From an uncultured Nitrospinota bacterium (GTDB lineage Bacteria; Tectomicrobia; Entotheonellia; J063; CAVPRW01): a stretch of DNA of 64,000 nucleotides. Below are positions 40,432 to 52,100 of this stretch, piece by piece. The notes below the pieces were generated by a model. The model saw only the letters and a program-made list of their open reading frames with translations, was not told the origin of the DNA and did no database searches. The stretch spans positions 128,001 through 192,000 of the forward strand of contig CAVPRW010000010.1 in assembly GCA_963707985.1 (NCBI GenBank), read 5' to 3'. The position numbers were made by a program, and so were the translations under genes. How positions within the stretch are numbered: the first letter of the stretch is position 1; each line of letters begins with the position of its first letter.

Positions 40432-41991
40432 CTATTTGATCTGCATTGTAGAACTTTTCCGCGATGCCTGCGAGAGCAATGCGGGGACAAGGGCTAATAA
40501 TGTGACCGCACAGAGGAGCAAGAACGTATCCTGATAGGCTGCCAGCTGGGCTTGTTGAAGCAGATGGTCACGCAGGATGGCCAGAGTCTTCCCTCCCACC
40601 ACTCCCCCCAACTCACCCGCATGCATCAGCAACTGTGCCACGGTAGTGGCCGTTTCGCGTACACTCAGTGTGGAGACTTCATGTCCCTCTCCGAGGCCGA
40701 TCAGATGGACCATGGTCCGATATTCGAGAACTGTGCTACCAAGGGCGATCCCAAAGGCGCTCGCCAGGCCGCGGTGGACCCCATCCAATCCCGATCCCAT
40801 GCTCAGCCGGTCGTTCGGCAAGGTTTTGAACACGATGCTGGTCAGCGGGGTATACACGCAGCCAAATGACATGCGGTATAAGACAACTAAGAAGGTGAAC
40901 CAGAGTGTGCTCACCTCCAGCGAAGTCAAACCAAAATAATACATTGCCACCGCATGTACTAAGAGGCCCAGAAATATTGGCCCGCGAGGATCGATGACGT
41001 CGGCCAGGCGCCCTGCCGTGACCCCGGCGAGCCCCATCGCCACGGCGCCAGGCGCCAGAATGATGCCAGCCTGGAAGGGGCTCAACAGAAACACTTGTTG
41101 GAGTATCAAGGCGGTGAGGAAATTGGCGCTGTTGAAGGCGGACTCATACAGAAATGCCGCGATGGAGGCGATGACAAAGCGTGCGTTGCGGTACAGACTG
41201 ACATCCACGAAGGGGCGTTTCACGGTCAACTCCAACACGATAAACGCCACGAAGAACACGCCAGCGATGGCAAACAGACTACGAATATAGGTGGAATCCC
41301 AGCCCTGCCGTTGTCCTTGCGTCATCGCGAGCAAGAGCGCGACGATCCAGATAGCCATGGTCAGGAGGCCAAAGGGATCAAAGCCGGGACGCGGCGGCCG
41401 CGCCGTTTTGGGCAAGATGATGGGTGCCATGATGAAGCTGATGACAGCCGTGGGCAGCGACAGGTAAAACATGGCGCGCCAGCTATATTCTTGAACGAGA
41501 TATCCTCCCAGCGAGGGACCGATTGTCGGTCCCATCGATCCTGCCAACAACAATAGGCCCAACACCAGACCTCGCTGCCGGAGTGGAAATACCTCATACA
41601 GGATCACCATACCGGTTACCTGGGCGGGAGCAGCGCCAAGCCCTTGTATGACGCGAAACACGATGAGAGATTCGAGGTTCCATGCCATGCCACAGCAGAT
41701 CGTCGACACCACTGTCGTAAACAGGCCCGCCAGATACAGCGTGCGATTCCCCATCAGGCTGCTGAGCCATCCCAGGGCCGGCATGGGCACTGTCCGTGCG
41801 ATCTGAAAGCCGGTCATCACCCAGTGGATGCTGGTGATATCGGCGCTCATGGCACTCATGATCTTGGGGAGCGCCACAACGGTGGCGAACATGCTAAACG
41901 CAAGGGTGATCTGGCCCAGAAGGATCGTAATGGCGAGCCACCAGCGCGAGCGGGTTGGCTCTATGCGTGCTAAAGGCGGTTCCGTTGGCAT
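40432..41991 (-). CDS. DHA2 (EmrB/QacA) MFS efflux transporter
   Basis: ~14 TMs, VALPKIM, FRVIQGLG, GPTIGPSLGG, WRAMFY and C-terminal AYQDTF. Confidence 0.92.
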   Translation of the reverse strand: MPTEPPLARIEPTRSRWWLAITILLGQITLAFSMFATVVALPKIMSAMSADITSIHWVMTGFQIARTVPMPALGWLSSLMGNRTLYLAGLFTTVVSTICCGMAWNLESLIVFRVIQGLGAAPAQVTGMVILYEVFPLRQRGLVLGLLLLAGSMGPTIGPSLGGYLVQEYSWRAMFYLSLPTAVISFIMAPIILPKTARPPRPGFDPFGLLTMAIWIVALLLAMTQGQRQGWDSTYIRSLFAIAGVFFVAFIVLELTVKRPFVDVSLYRNARFVIASIAAFLYESAFNSANFLTALILQQVFLLSPFQAGIILAPGAVAMGLAGVTAGRLADVIDPRGPIFLGLLVHAVAMYYFGLTSLEVSTLWFTFLVVLYRMSFGCVYTPLTSIVFKTLPNDRLSMGSGLDGVHRGLASAFGIALGSTVLEYRTMVHLIGLGEGHEVSTLSVRETATTVAQLLMHAGELGGVVGGKTLAILRDHLLQQAQLAAYQDTFLLLCAVTLLALVPALLSQASRKSSTMQIK

Positions 41992-42047
41992 CGGAAGGGC
42001 AGGTTCCACCAGGGATGGCGATATGGGCGTCTCGGCATCGACCTGAA

Positions 42048-42093
42048 GTACGCCTGGAGGGAATCGAACCCCCAGACCTCCTGGTTCGAAGCC
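42048..42093 (-). pseudogene. 3' fragment of tRNA-Arg(TCG); probable att site / island boundary
   Basis: Minus strand GGCTTCGAACCAGGAGGTCTGGGGGTTCGATTCCCTCCAGGCGTAC contains the anticodon loop, T-arm (GGTTCGATTCC) and 3' acceptor strand; D-arm and 5' half are absent. Confidence 0.75.
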
Positions 42094-42430
42094 GAGACAT
42101 GAGCGTGATAAGATCGTAATTTCATGACATATTTTCACCGATGCGCGCGAGTGCCACCGAAAATCCTCCTCCCTCCCCGCGGGCATCTGTGAGCTGGTGG
42201 CCATTATGGGGCTTCGGCGAGCTGCATGTCATGGCTCCTGGACTCCCGGTAGTGGGTCAATTTCATGTTAACAGCTCGGGATCGGCGTCGTGGATCGACC
42301 ATACACTCAATGTTAACTTCGCACTGACCCACTACCACCCTTCCTCTCCATCTCTGCCTATTATGGCATAATAACCCCTGTGATGAACCCTCGATGTACC
42401 ATCGTCTAGTAGACAGATAGGTAGCCAGGC

Positions 42431-43225
42431 ATGATCCCTCCAGCCGCTCTTGAACGTTATAAGAACGACCGCTTTCCTACCGAAATCATCAGCCACGACG
42501 TGTGGCTCTATTATCGCTTCTGCATGAGCTACCGCGCTGTCGAAGAACTTCTGGTCGCCCCGAGGTGTTGTTGAGACCTATGGAGCCATCCGGAAGTGGT
42601 GTGGCAAATTCGGGCAGGACTATGCGAATCAGCTGCGATGTTGTGATCCCCGACCAGGAGACGAATGGCATATGGACGAGGTGTTTTTGATGATCAACGG
42701 TGCACAGCACTATCAATGGCGAGCCGGCGATCAAGAGGGGCATGTGCTCGACATTCTGGTGCAGAGCCGGCGAAACAAGAAAGCCGCGAGGACGTTCTTC
42801 CGCAAGTTGTTCCAGGGTTTAACCTACGTGCCCCGCGTGATCATCACCGGCAAATTGAAAAATTACGGTGCCGCCACGCGGGAACTCCTGCCTGGTGTGG
42901 AACATCGTCAGCCTCGTTATCTCAATAACCGCGCCGAGAACTCGCTCCAGCCGACACGCCAGCGGGAGCGGCGCATGCAGCGCTTCAAATCGCCGGGTCA
43001 TGCGCATTGATTTCTCTCCGCGTATGGCCTCATGGCCCAACACTTCCGACCGCGGCATCACCGGTTTTCTTCCCCTGCGTACCGCCATGAGAGGAGCCAA
43101 CGATTCGACACCTGGCGGGACAGGACATCACCCACCTCCCGACCGCAGCGTAAGCGTCGCGAGCGAGGGAGATATATGTCTTCCTTCCACATGCTCATGT
43201 TGACATACAACAAGTTGACAATGCC
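42431..43225 (+). mobile_element. Degenerate IS6-family element (transposase pseudogene)
   Basis: YKN.RFP.EIISH.VWLYYRF, WHMDEVF, VLDILVQSRRNKKAA and YLNNRAENS..PTRQRER across frameshifts and a stop. Right-end-like AAGTTGACAATGCC at 43212-43225. Confidence 0.88.
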
Positions 43226-43248
43226 CCCGAAAATTGCTCAAGCTATTC

Positions 43249-44139
43249 TCAGGCGCGTTTCAACACTTCAAGTAGTTGCACATCTATCATCACTCCTGGA
43301 TCGCTCCAGGGGCTCTGCAGTAGGCCGAATTGCGCAAGAACGCGTGTGCGGAAGCCTACCCCAGGAGGGGCCTCCCACTCGTCGAAGAACATTCGCTCTT
43401 CTCCAGATCGCGAGGACTCATCTGCCTCGAGCTCATCCCAATCCTTATCAAAGGTTTCAGGTGTAACGACGACGTATACCCCCTCTGCAAAACGGCCCGC
43501 CCACTCGCGGTGCAGTGGGCCCCATAACCCTTTCCAGTCGTCAGGGGATAGAAGTCTTGCTGCCGCCTGCCACTCGCTCTGGCCGCACACACCCTTGCCG
43601 AACCAGCTGGCGTACAGCTCAGCCTCTGGACATGTCAGGTTGCTCACCGGATCGGTGGGCGTTCCGTGCAGAATGCGCTTTATGTCCAGGGAGAGGAAAG
43701 GTGGGGTAAGCTGGACGCTACGCGGGGCTAGTTTTGCCAGACGCAGGAAGCCACTGTATTGCCAGTTTGCTACTGGACGCAGCGCCATCCATGCCACGAA
43801 GGGCTGCATGCGCGCTAGCGCTTCAGGAGCGTAGCGCTCACCCGGCGTTGGCCCTTCGGCGGGCAGGAGCAGCATGGTCACCAGCTCCAACGGGTCAAAC
43901 CACAGATCACCAGCCTGCCGGTCAGTCGGCAGCGTTAAACTGAGATACACACGCCGCCCTGCCCAGGCACCGCCCGATGCAGGTGCTTCTGTCCAGCCGG
44001 GACCCTCTTTCAAGAAACGCCGGAGTAGGGCGGCTTCCATGGCAGCATTGGCTTCTTCGAGCGCGGCCAACAGGTCGGTTTGGCCACGCAGGTCAGCGCG
44101 ATCCTGCAAGTAGTGAACATAGGCATCTACCAGATTCAT
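43249..44139 (-). CDS. FGE-sulfatase/SUMF1-like domain protein; candidate immunity protein
   Basis: GGAGG RBS just after the effector stop; PVANWQY..F, PVSNLT..EA..YASWFGK, EWQAAAR, REW and GFR. Confidence 0.65.
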   Translation of the reverse strand: MNLVDAYVHYLQDRADLRGQTDLLAALEEANAAMEAALLRRFLKEGPGWTEAPASGGAWAGRRVYLSLTLPTDRQAGDLWFDPLELVTMLLLPAEGPTPGERYAPEALARMQPFVAWMALRPVANWQYSGFLRLAKLAPRSVQLTPPFLSLDIKRILHGTPTDPVSNLTCPEAELYASWFGKGVCGQSEWQAAARLLSPDDWKGLWGPLHREWAGRFAEGVYVVVTPETFDKDWDELEADESSRSGEERMFFDEWEAPPGVGFRTRVLAQFGLLQSPWSDPGVMIDVQLLEVLKRA

Positions 44140-44159
44140 GCAATTCCTCCCGCCATATT

Positions 44160-47100
44160 TTACTCGATGCGCACTGCATCGACTTTCATCGTCCAGCCTT
44201 CCCACGCCAGGTCTGCGCGCGCCCGCACCACGCTACCATCCGGTCTTACCAGAAGGATCGGTTGCCCGGAGCCTGCCTGGGCACTGGGCACCGCCACGCT
44301 GCCGTCGGGCAGAGTCACGGGGCGGGCAGGGCGCATGCCAGTACCCCATAAAGACGCTTCGGCGGCCTCGACCGCTTGCGTTTGAGGTAGGGTCAGTTCG
44401 TTCAGCTTACGTCCCATGGCGCCCAGATCGCCGCTACGGCCAGCTGCTTCACCAATCTCTCTACCCAACTGGGTGGGAGTTTTCGCACCGGGTGCAACCG
44501 ATCGTGGAGAGCGAATCGCGGGCTGCTCCAATCGGCCCCACAGTGGGAAGCGCTCGCCGGGGCGAATGTTGCCCTGATTGGCAGTGCGCACAATAGCCGC
44601 ATCGCCAAATGTGGAGGGACGGAAGTCTTTGGGATAGACGATCTCGCCTTGCGTACCGCCGACCACCAATGTTCCATCTTGCAAGCGGCGAATATTATGC
44701 TTGAGTCTGAATTCATCAGCCTGAGCCCGTGCTGGGGGAAAAGGTTCGTTGGGGCTGTGGTAAGCGACAGGTACCTCCTTCACCCCGGCTATCTGCGCCG
44801 CCATTAGGCGGCGGTTGTCCAGACTCACGAGACTGCCATCAGGGGTTTCTACTACGTCGATCGCTGTGCCCTTCCAACCCTGCTTGATGCTGTCGGCAAG
44901 CTGCTGGATGGTCATGGAGCGGTCGCCGGTTGTCGGCGCAACATCCTTCTGGCTAAAACGAAGCGCAGAGGGGGCTTCCATGCCAGTGATCGTGGCGACC
45001 GGCGGACCCTGATTATCGGGGAAGTGCAAGGTCAACCTGCGCCCACCGCCGAGCTGAGGCAGGTCGCCTTTAATCGCGAGGGCGTGGAGGCCTCCCGCTA
45101 TCCCTAACTGGGACAGGAGGAGCAGCTTGGCGCGGTTTATCTCCTCGCGGGGAGCATGAGAGTTTTCGATCTCATCGAGCTGCTTGGCAGTTTCCACACT
45201 AATGATGGCCAGGCTGACTGTATCAGCGGCCAGCTGAGTACCTTTCGAGAACAGGTAAACCTTTTGCATATAAACGGCATATTCAGCCGCCAGACCCATT
45301 AGTGGAGCGCCCTCCTTCGCTGCAGCAAGCGCTCCGCTTACCACAAAGCCAGAACGCAGCGCTGAGACTCCAGCGATGGAAGCCACAATTTGGACCAGGT
45401 CGAGGCCTATTCGTACGCCCGTTAAATTGCCGCGCTGAGCGCCCTCGATCAGATCGATGCCGGCGGCAGTTCCCCCGGCGATGGCTGATCCTGCAAGAGC
45501 CCAGGCACCGACTACCTGCAGGGTTGTTCCAGCCGTGGCGACTGCGCTGATTGCCAGCCCAATAACCGCCAGACCAATCCCCAGCCAGGTGAAAAATTGT
45601 TTCCAGGTTAGGTGATCGGTAGTCTTGATCTGCCCACCGTAGAGACCTGGCACCTCGAAGTGGATTGATCCCACCGGATAATGGTCGGGATCATCTAGTT
45701 CATTGAACAAGCGCGGTGGTGGCTCCTCTGTTCCACTGGCCGAGACAGAGGGGAAGGTATACGGCTCGGAGGGGTTCGTCAAGTCGCGCAGGTACCAATC
45801 ATTGCCCTCCTTCCAGGCATACAACTGCAGCGGGATGGTTTCCTGGTAACCTCCCTCATTGGCGAACTTTTTATCTGGGTGGAACACGGCTGGGATTCGC
45901 AGCGGTTTTTTACCGGCGATGGCCCCCAGGGCGGCGTGCATGGTGGCGATGGCCTCGGCACGCTTGACCATCTCGTTTTCTTTGCCTTTGGTCTCCTTCA
46001 AGCGGTCGACGATCCAGCGGTCCATACCGCCAATCAAGACGTTATAGTTAACGAAGGCCTGCTCCCAGCGGCCAAAACTGAGGTCGGTTGGGACGCTTAT
46101 CGCCGGGCCGCTCCTGGTGAATGTCTTAAAGGTCGTATGATGATACGATTCGCCAGTATAGGGGTTATAACTGGAGCTGCCAGCCTCGCTGAAGGTGGGG
46201 AGCGATTTCTCCCGTCCTTTGGTCTCTTCGGCCAGGGCGTTATAGAGCTTGGTGGCTTCATTCGCTGCACTAAATTGCAGCGTTGAGTCGATCTTGTTCT
46301 TTTCCGGGTCCTGTTTATTGGCCTCGATCTGCGGGCGCAGGCGGGTCATGGCCTGGGAGAGGGCAAACCAGGCGTCGTAAGTCTTCTGGGTGATTAAATG
46401 TTCGTCGAAGGCCTGCTTGCGGATGGGCATGAAGGCGATCTCATAGCCATCGAATTGCTCTGCAAAGGTGCCAGTTTTTCCTTTCAAGGTCGTCAATTCA
46501 GCCACGGCAAAGGCATTGGAAGTCGCCGCCTTGTCGACCTCGGCCGGTGACTCTCCACGCAGCACCGACCCGTAGCGGATCTTGAAGCCGAAGGTTTTAG
46601 CAGGGACATTGTCTCCGCTGACCCGTACAGCGTGGTTGCGGTTATATTCGATCGGCCCCCCACCGTCATGGGGGCTGGGCTCGCTGATCGTGTCGTCAAT
46701 CTGCAGGTCGGCCTTGCCGTCGCCGTCAACATCCAGAGTAAGGCTGCCCGACCCGGCCTTCAGGACGTAGATAGCGGGATTGGCTTTTACCTGGATCTCC
46801 ATGCCTAGGCCAAACACCGGCTGGCCGCGGTGCAGGGGGGTGATGCCGAAAACCGCTTTGACCGGGAAGGTAGATGTGAGAGAGGTCGCTTTGGATTGCA
46901 GGGTGATGCGGAATTGGTCGTTATACGGTCCGAGCACGACATCCAGCGAGGAGATGCCACCGATGAAGACCGGTGTCCCAGCAGAGGCGAAGGCCGGGGG
47001 CGGCGGCTCGGCGGTTATCTTCTCCAACGGCTTGGCGTTTGGATCCCGGACCCATAGGCTGCCCGATGAGGCGAACCGGCCTTGGGATTTAGAGGTGAGA

Positions 47101-48224
47101 TCGTGCCGGCGGCCCTTCTTGAAGGAGCGATCGTCGTATTCAACTTCGTCCGCGAGGGTGACAATGTGGTCGCGGAAACCGTACAGGTCTACCGCCACAC
47201 GCTGCCCGGGCAGCGGGACGACCGAAGCATTCAGCGGTGCCGGGCCAATCATCACAGCCCGGCGGGCGATCCCGTTTTCGACGAAAGGCCCCTCGGCAGG
47301 GAACTTGCCGGTATATCGGATCACGAAATAAAAATAATCGATCCCTTCTTCTTTCTTGCGTTCGAAGGAGATGGTGAAAGGGTCCCCACCCCAGTTGACC
47401 TGCACCGGCCCGGGGAGAACATCTTTCGGGATCTCGACGGATTTGTCCTGCTGGCGCATCAGCGCTCCAGGCCGAGATGGGGTGGGGGCTGGCACGTCGG
47501 TTTTCTGGGTCGGGGTGGCCACAGCCATCTTCTGGGCTACCCCTTCAGCCTCCTGTTCCTGCGGCTCGCTGGGTTGGCTGATGGCTGCACGGGCCTGGGG
47601 CCTGTCTGCGCCATTCCCTTGCTGGATCGTGTGGGTCAACTCATGCGCCAGCAGCTTATCACCTGCTTGCATGCCCGGCTGGAACTGGCCTTCGCCGAAG
47701 AAAATGTCCTGCCCGTAGGTGAAGGCGGTGGCGTTCAAGTCGCGCGCCGCCTGGGAGGCCTGCCTGCCGGTATGCACTTGCACTCCGCTGAAGTCGGCAC
47801 CGAATGATTGTTCCATTGGGCCACGGGAGGAGGAAGGCAACGGCTGGCCTCTGGACGATTGCAGCGCACTGCTCACGCTAGGCGGCAACTCTTGAGGGGC
47901 TTCGGGCCTTGTCGCTTGTCGGTCAATCCCGTGTCGCTGCAAAGCCATACGGTTCAAGCGGGTGTTGCCTACCGAGCGCTGCAAGCTATTCGCCATGCGC
48001 GCCCGGCTCGGCGCGCCGGGAACAGCCTCGGACGTGGCAAGCAGGTCGGCGGCGCGGGCGAGCGGTGGCTCGCCATTTGGCGGAGGCAGCGCCGACGCCG
48101 AGGTGTGGGCAGCTTGCAGCGGCCCGCTGCGTTTCTCGGGGGGTTCAGGCTGCTTCTCCACGGTCGGCTCAGCCACTGCTTTGCTGGCGGCCTCGACCTG
48201 GGTTTGGCTTTTATCTTGGGGCAT
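44160..48224 (-). CDS. DUF4157 (eCIS core) effector 1 with hydrophobic helices and a ParB/Srx-like toxin domain
   Basis: Shared leader; FGADFSGVQVHT...AFTYGQDIFF...LLAHELTHTIQQ; hydrophobic helices; LRFSQ...GWKG.AIDVV...LDNRRL. Confidence 0.85.
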   Translation of the reverse strand: MPQDKSQTQVEAASKAVAEPTVEKQPEPPEKRSGPLQAAHTSASALPPPNGEPPLARAADLLATSEAVPGAPSRARMANSLQRSVGNTRLNRMALQRHGIDRQATRPEAPQELPPSVSSALQSSRGQPLPSSSRGPMEQSFGADFSGVQVHTGRQASQAARDLNATAFTYGQDIFFGEGQFQPGMQAGDKLLAHELTHTIQQGNGADRPQARAAISQPSEPQEQEAEGVAQKMAVATPTQKTDVPAPTPSRPGALMRQQDKSVEIPKDVLPGPVQVNWGGDPFTISFERKKEEGIDYFYFVIRYTGKFPAEGPFVENGIARRAVMIGPAPLNASVVPLPGQRVAVDLYGFRDHIVTLADEVEYDDRSFKKGRRHDLTSKSQGRFASSGSLWVRDPNAKPLEKITAEPPPPAFASAGTPVFIGGISSLDVVLGPYNDQFRITLQSKATSLTSTFPVKAVFGITPLHRGQPVFGLGMEIQVKANPAIYVLKAGSGSLTLDVDGDGKADLQIDDTISEPSPHDGGGPIEYNRNHAVRVSGDNVPAKTFGFKIRYGSVLRGESPAEVDKAATSNAFAVAELTTLKGKTGTFAEQFDGYEIAFMPIRKQAFDEHLITQKTYDAWFALSQAMTRLRPQIEANKQDPEKNKIDSTLQFSAANEATKLYNALAEETKGREKSLPTFSEAGSSSYNPYTGESYHHTTFKTFTRSGPAISVPTDLSFGRWEQAFVNYNVLIGGMDRWIVDRLKETKGKENEMVKRAEAIATMHAALGAIAGKKPLRIPAVFHPDKKFANEGGYQETIPLQLYAWKEGNDWYLRDLTNPSEPYTFPSVSASGTEEPPPRLFNELDDPDHYPVGSIHFEVPGLYGGQIKTTDHLTWKQFFTWLGIGLAVIGLAISAVATAGTTLQVVGAWALAGSAIAGGTAAGIDLIEGAQRGNLTGVRIGLDLVQIVASIAGVSALRSGFVVSGALAAAKEGAPLMGLAAEYAVYMQKVYLFSKGTQLAADTVSLAIISVETAKQLDEIENSHAPREEINRAKLLLLSQLGIAGGLHALAIKGDLPQLGGGRRLTLHFPDNQGPPVATITGMEAPSALRFSQKDVAPTTGDRSMTIQQLADSIKQGWKGTAIDVVETPDGSLVSLDNRRLMAAQIAGVKEVPVAYHSPNEPFPPARAQADEFRLKHNIRRLQDGTLVVGGTQGEIVYPKDFRPSTFGDAAIVRTANQGNIRPGERFPLWGRLEQPAIRSPRSVAPGAKTPTQLGREIGEAAGRSGDLGAMGRKLNELTLPQTQAVEAAEASLWGTGMRPARPVTLPDGSVAVPSAQAGSGQPILLVRPDGSVVRARADLAWEGWTMKVDAVRIE

Positions 48225-48662
48225 GGCGCTTGGCGTTCCTATCGACTCGTGTTAGCTTGCCAGTGGCCTTCAACCGGCACAGCCTCATTCACAAGAACCC
48301 AAGACCAGTCGGCCGTCGATCATCGCCGTCACACACAGAACTCGACTCAGTCGTGTCTGCTTCCCCCTGTGCTCGCAACGACGTTGTCAAAGCATAGGCT
48401 CGTGAGGCACACCCCAATGTGTTGCCAGACCGACCGAATCCCATTGAGAAATGGTTCCCGGAACCTTTCTTCTCCGACTTATCCGTAGCCTCGATTTGGG
48501 TCTTGGTCTTCCCCACGTGCGCCTCTGAAAGCTATAAAGTCTCGCCGGATAGGAGTGGATCGAACCGGCAGTAGGCTTCAAAGTTCCGGAAATGTCGGGC
48601 CTATAACTCAGCACCGTCGTCGAGCTGATCTTCCAAGACGGTATTCACGTCGATGACTTGCT

Positions 48663-49145
48663 TCAAGTAAGTTCGTACCGATTCGTGCGGTCCAGATGAA
48701 GAAGAAACACTCCTGCCTGTTGCAACTGATCGAGCACATTGAAAATGAAGGCTTTCATGTCTTCATCATGTTGATCTTTGCACTGCGTTTTGATGATGCG
48801 GATATGCTCACTCTTATCCTCCTGAGTCAGCAGCCAATCTACCCAATTCACAAACCAGTAGGGATCAAATCTCTGCACATCCGGCGCATCCCATTCAATA
48901 GGTTCTTTCGTCACCGTATGAATCAATCTGCATCCTCTACCGTGAATGAAATATCTCCACTCTTTATCTTTACCCCAATAACCACTCTGAGTCAATTTGA
49001 TATACTCTTTAGTCGGTCGTACTCGCTTCTCTCCTGCCATATCTAGTAAGTCAGGTCGAATCTCACTCAGCGCAGCTAACACAAGTTTCTGTCGTTGCAC
49101 AAAGCTACTGACGAGTGAATGCACAGCTAATTGAATGTTATTCAT
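48663..49145 (-). CDS. Candidate immunity protein (DUF6896-like)
   Basis: ATGA overlap with the toxin tip, AT-rich, motif W.YFIHGRGC......E.IEWD. Confidence 0.65.
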   Translation of the reverse strand: MNNIQLAVHSLVSSFVQRQKLVLAALSEIRPDLLDMAGEKRVRPTKEYIKLTQSGYWGKDKEWRYFIHGRGCRLIHTVTKEPIEWDAPDVQRFDPYWFVNWVDWLLTQEDKSEHIRIIKTQCKDQHDEDMKAFIFNVLDQLQQAGVFLLHLDRTNRYELT

Positions 49146-52100
49146 TGCCAATCTACCTCCTTCCATTCAAACGGGTCAGAGAAATTCTCTTTTTCTGGAT
49201 CATAATCTATTGGTCTGTGCTTCCCGGAGATTGAAATCTGCTTGTTTCTTAACCGAGAGGCGACGAATCGGTGATGTCCTTCATCAATCACCGTATAATC
49301 CTTACCGGGATATAGGTCTATTACCGGGAACGGTGATCCATAACACTCCTGAGAGGCGTATTTCGCCACCAAATTCTTCTCTACTAAGTCCTGATTCGGC
49401 TTCACCCGTTTTCCATTAATCTTGTCACCTGGCGTTGAGTCGGAGATAACTTTCGCTACTGACCTATTTCCAATAAGCTTCCTCATGTTGTCTTCACTGC
49501 ATGGATCGATGCTATAGCTGGCGGCGACCCTGGTGGCGTGACGCTCGGAACAGGCGCTGGACTGCCGGGAGCCGCTTCTTCCAGATCAGTCACGTGGTAG
49601 CGTTCGCCGTAATCCTGGAGCTCACCGCCAAGCTCCTTCAATCCAGGCGCATCCATTTGGGTAGCGGCGGGCTCCGCGCCGAGCTTGGAGGCCGCCTGCT
49701 CTACCCGTGATGCGTCACCCTCCGCTTGTTCCAGGTCGGTGATGCGTCGGTCTATTTTCTTTTTAGCGGCCTCATCTGTATTCGGATCGCCCCTGGCATC
49801 GCGGAGATCATTTTTGGCTTTAAGGATCTTGATTTTGACGGGACGGCGCCGAGTAGCCATTTCCAACAAGACGGGGTCACCAGGCCCACCCAGTGTAAGG
49901 AACAGACTATGTTGAGTTCCATCCATGGTGAACTGAATCACCTGGGTCTTAGGCGGCTGCGGCGGTGCATCGGGGATAACGTCGGAGGGTACGACGTGGC
50001 CTTTTTCTTTGCCGCCCTCTTTAAAGCCTCCTTCCACTTGATCATCAGTGTCTTTCGCGCGTTTGCCACGGATAGCCTGCCGAATGAAGCGGTAAGGCTC
50101 AAAGTCACCCTTCTTTATGGTGACGTCGGGCATTTCGTCTGAGCCGATGGTGTAAGCAATTTTTGTAGTCAGCCCGAAGCCGGCGATCGGGAAAACCTTT
50201 TCGCCCAGGTGAATTTCCCAGAAATCTTTTCCGGCAGCGCTGAAGACCAGGTCGCCCGTCAGTTTGATATCCGCTTCGCCGCCGATGAACAGCTCTCCGC
50301 CGATCGTGTACTTCGGAACGTCATCCTTGGAGCCGCCTTTACTCACCTTGATAGTCGGATCGGCCTCTACAACTCCCCTCACTTGGGCCTCGGCAGCGGT
50401 GTTTAATGAGAGGTCGACCGGATTCACTCCGAGGTAGTCGTATTTGGCTCCCAGGCGGAGGGCTACCTCACCACCGACTGCAAGTTTGGCCGTTGCTGAG
50501 CCAGAGAGGTTGAGCTTGGCGGAAATCTGCAATTCATTTGCCGAGTCCGGTCGGTGGAGTAGAGACCGGTGATGGTAATGTCGTGGAGAGTCAGCGGACC
50601 AAAGACGGCTTTGCCTGTGAATTTGATATGGACTTTACCCTTATGCCCCGGCGAGCGCCACATGACATCGGAACATGTCGCGAAAAGCTTCATTGAAGAA
50701 AAGTTTTTGGTTCGGTGGGTTTTGCGTCCATTAGGGTGATCTTGTGCAGGCGACCGAATCGTGCCGCGCACCGTCAAATATCCTTCCGGCTCGACAACGA
50801 ACGCGGCGTCAGCCTCAATCTTGTCGGTCACGATCAGCTTGAGTGAGACCCCAGCCAACAATAGCCAAGCTGTCTTCGACATTCTCAGCAGGCGTTTCCT
50901 GATGGTCCGCCTGCTGGAGCCGTCGCAGGACCACCGGGCGAAGGCTTCGAACCAATTAGTGGGTTGGGACCCTCTTGAGCAGAGGCGAGTTGCGACTGGA
51001 TAGATTGCCGCGCGCGACTTTCTTCTGTGGCCAGGACGTTCACTTCGCCCTTGACGCGCGGCGACTCGTACTTGAGGGTGCCGCGAATCTCAGTACGCCG
51101 TCCTCGTAGGTGAGTCGCGAGCTTCCCTTTGAAGCCCTTGGCCTCCCAATCGCTGCTCATCTTCGAGGCGCCCGATCAGATCGCCTCTCTTGTCGCGCTG
51201 GATTTTGGTGTCCGCTGGGACGATAGCCTTTACCTGAAGTGTGTAGTGCTTCCCGCAAACGCAAAAGCCTCATCAATCATTACGACCGGCACCAATCAGG
51301 TACGTGCCCTTATGAAAGGTGTTCATGAAGGCGTACTGAAATTAAGGTGCCCACCCTTCAGCTCGTTCTGGACCTTTATGTTTTCCAGTTTTCCTTTGGA
51401 TCCCGACTGCCCGATCAGCAGCGTCAGCAAGCGTTCCTGGTCTTCGGGCGAACCGTAAGCGGCACCGATCGAGTTGGGAGGTAGCGGTTTGTGTTACGCC
51501 GATCGAACCGGTGATCTCGTTTCCGGCACCGATGGACACGATTAAAGACAGGCTTTGGCCCCTTCCCGGCGGGCTGATTTCGGGGTGCACCATGGGCAGG
51601 GCGGTGGGACCTGCCCGATATCCGTCCGACCCTGTCTTTTCTACATACATCTTGCCTTGGGCCAGATTGCCGAAGCGGACATTGACCAGGGCATTGTTTT
51701 TCTGATCAAAAATATAGGCTTGCAGAAACAGGTCTGGTTCGAATTTACCGTTGCCTTTTAATTCATAAGTACTTTTTCTGCCGATGGCGACAGCCACCTC
51801 ATAACCGAGCACCCCCAAGGCCCCCCCCAAAGCCCCCACCAATGCTGGCTGACTCTGCCTCTGAATGGAATGTGACCCGACAGGGTGCGATCTCTTTAGA
51901 TTGAACCGTGTTTTTGTTCGTTACCTGTGCTGCGGTTTTTTCGGCTTGCTGCTCATCCGCATCGCCCGGCTGGCTGATGGCTGCTCCTTCTAGTAGACTT
52001 CGGCTGCACCCCGCTGGATTCTCCTTGCTGAATGGTGTGAGTCAGCTCATGCGCCAGCAGCTTATCGCCCGCTGCCGTGCCCGGCTGGAACTGGCCTTCA

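Noticed and set aside
41992..42204. MFS N-terminal extension, or an intact tRNA
   Set aside because: The extension reads through the tRNA fragment, and the fragment lacks the D-arm and 5' acceptor strand.
48520..48660. Possible degraded gene remnant (QVIDVNTVLEDQLDDGAEL*ARHFRNFEAYCRFDPLL)
   Set aside because: Short, interrupted and unassignable without a search.
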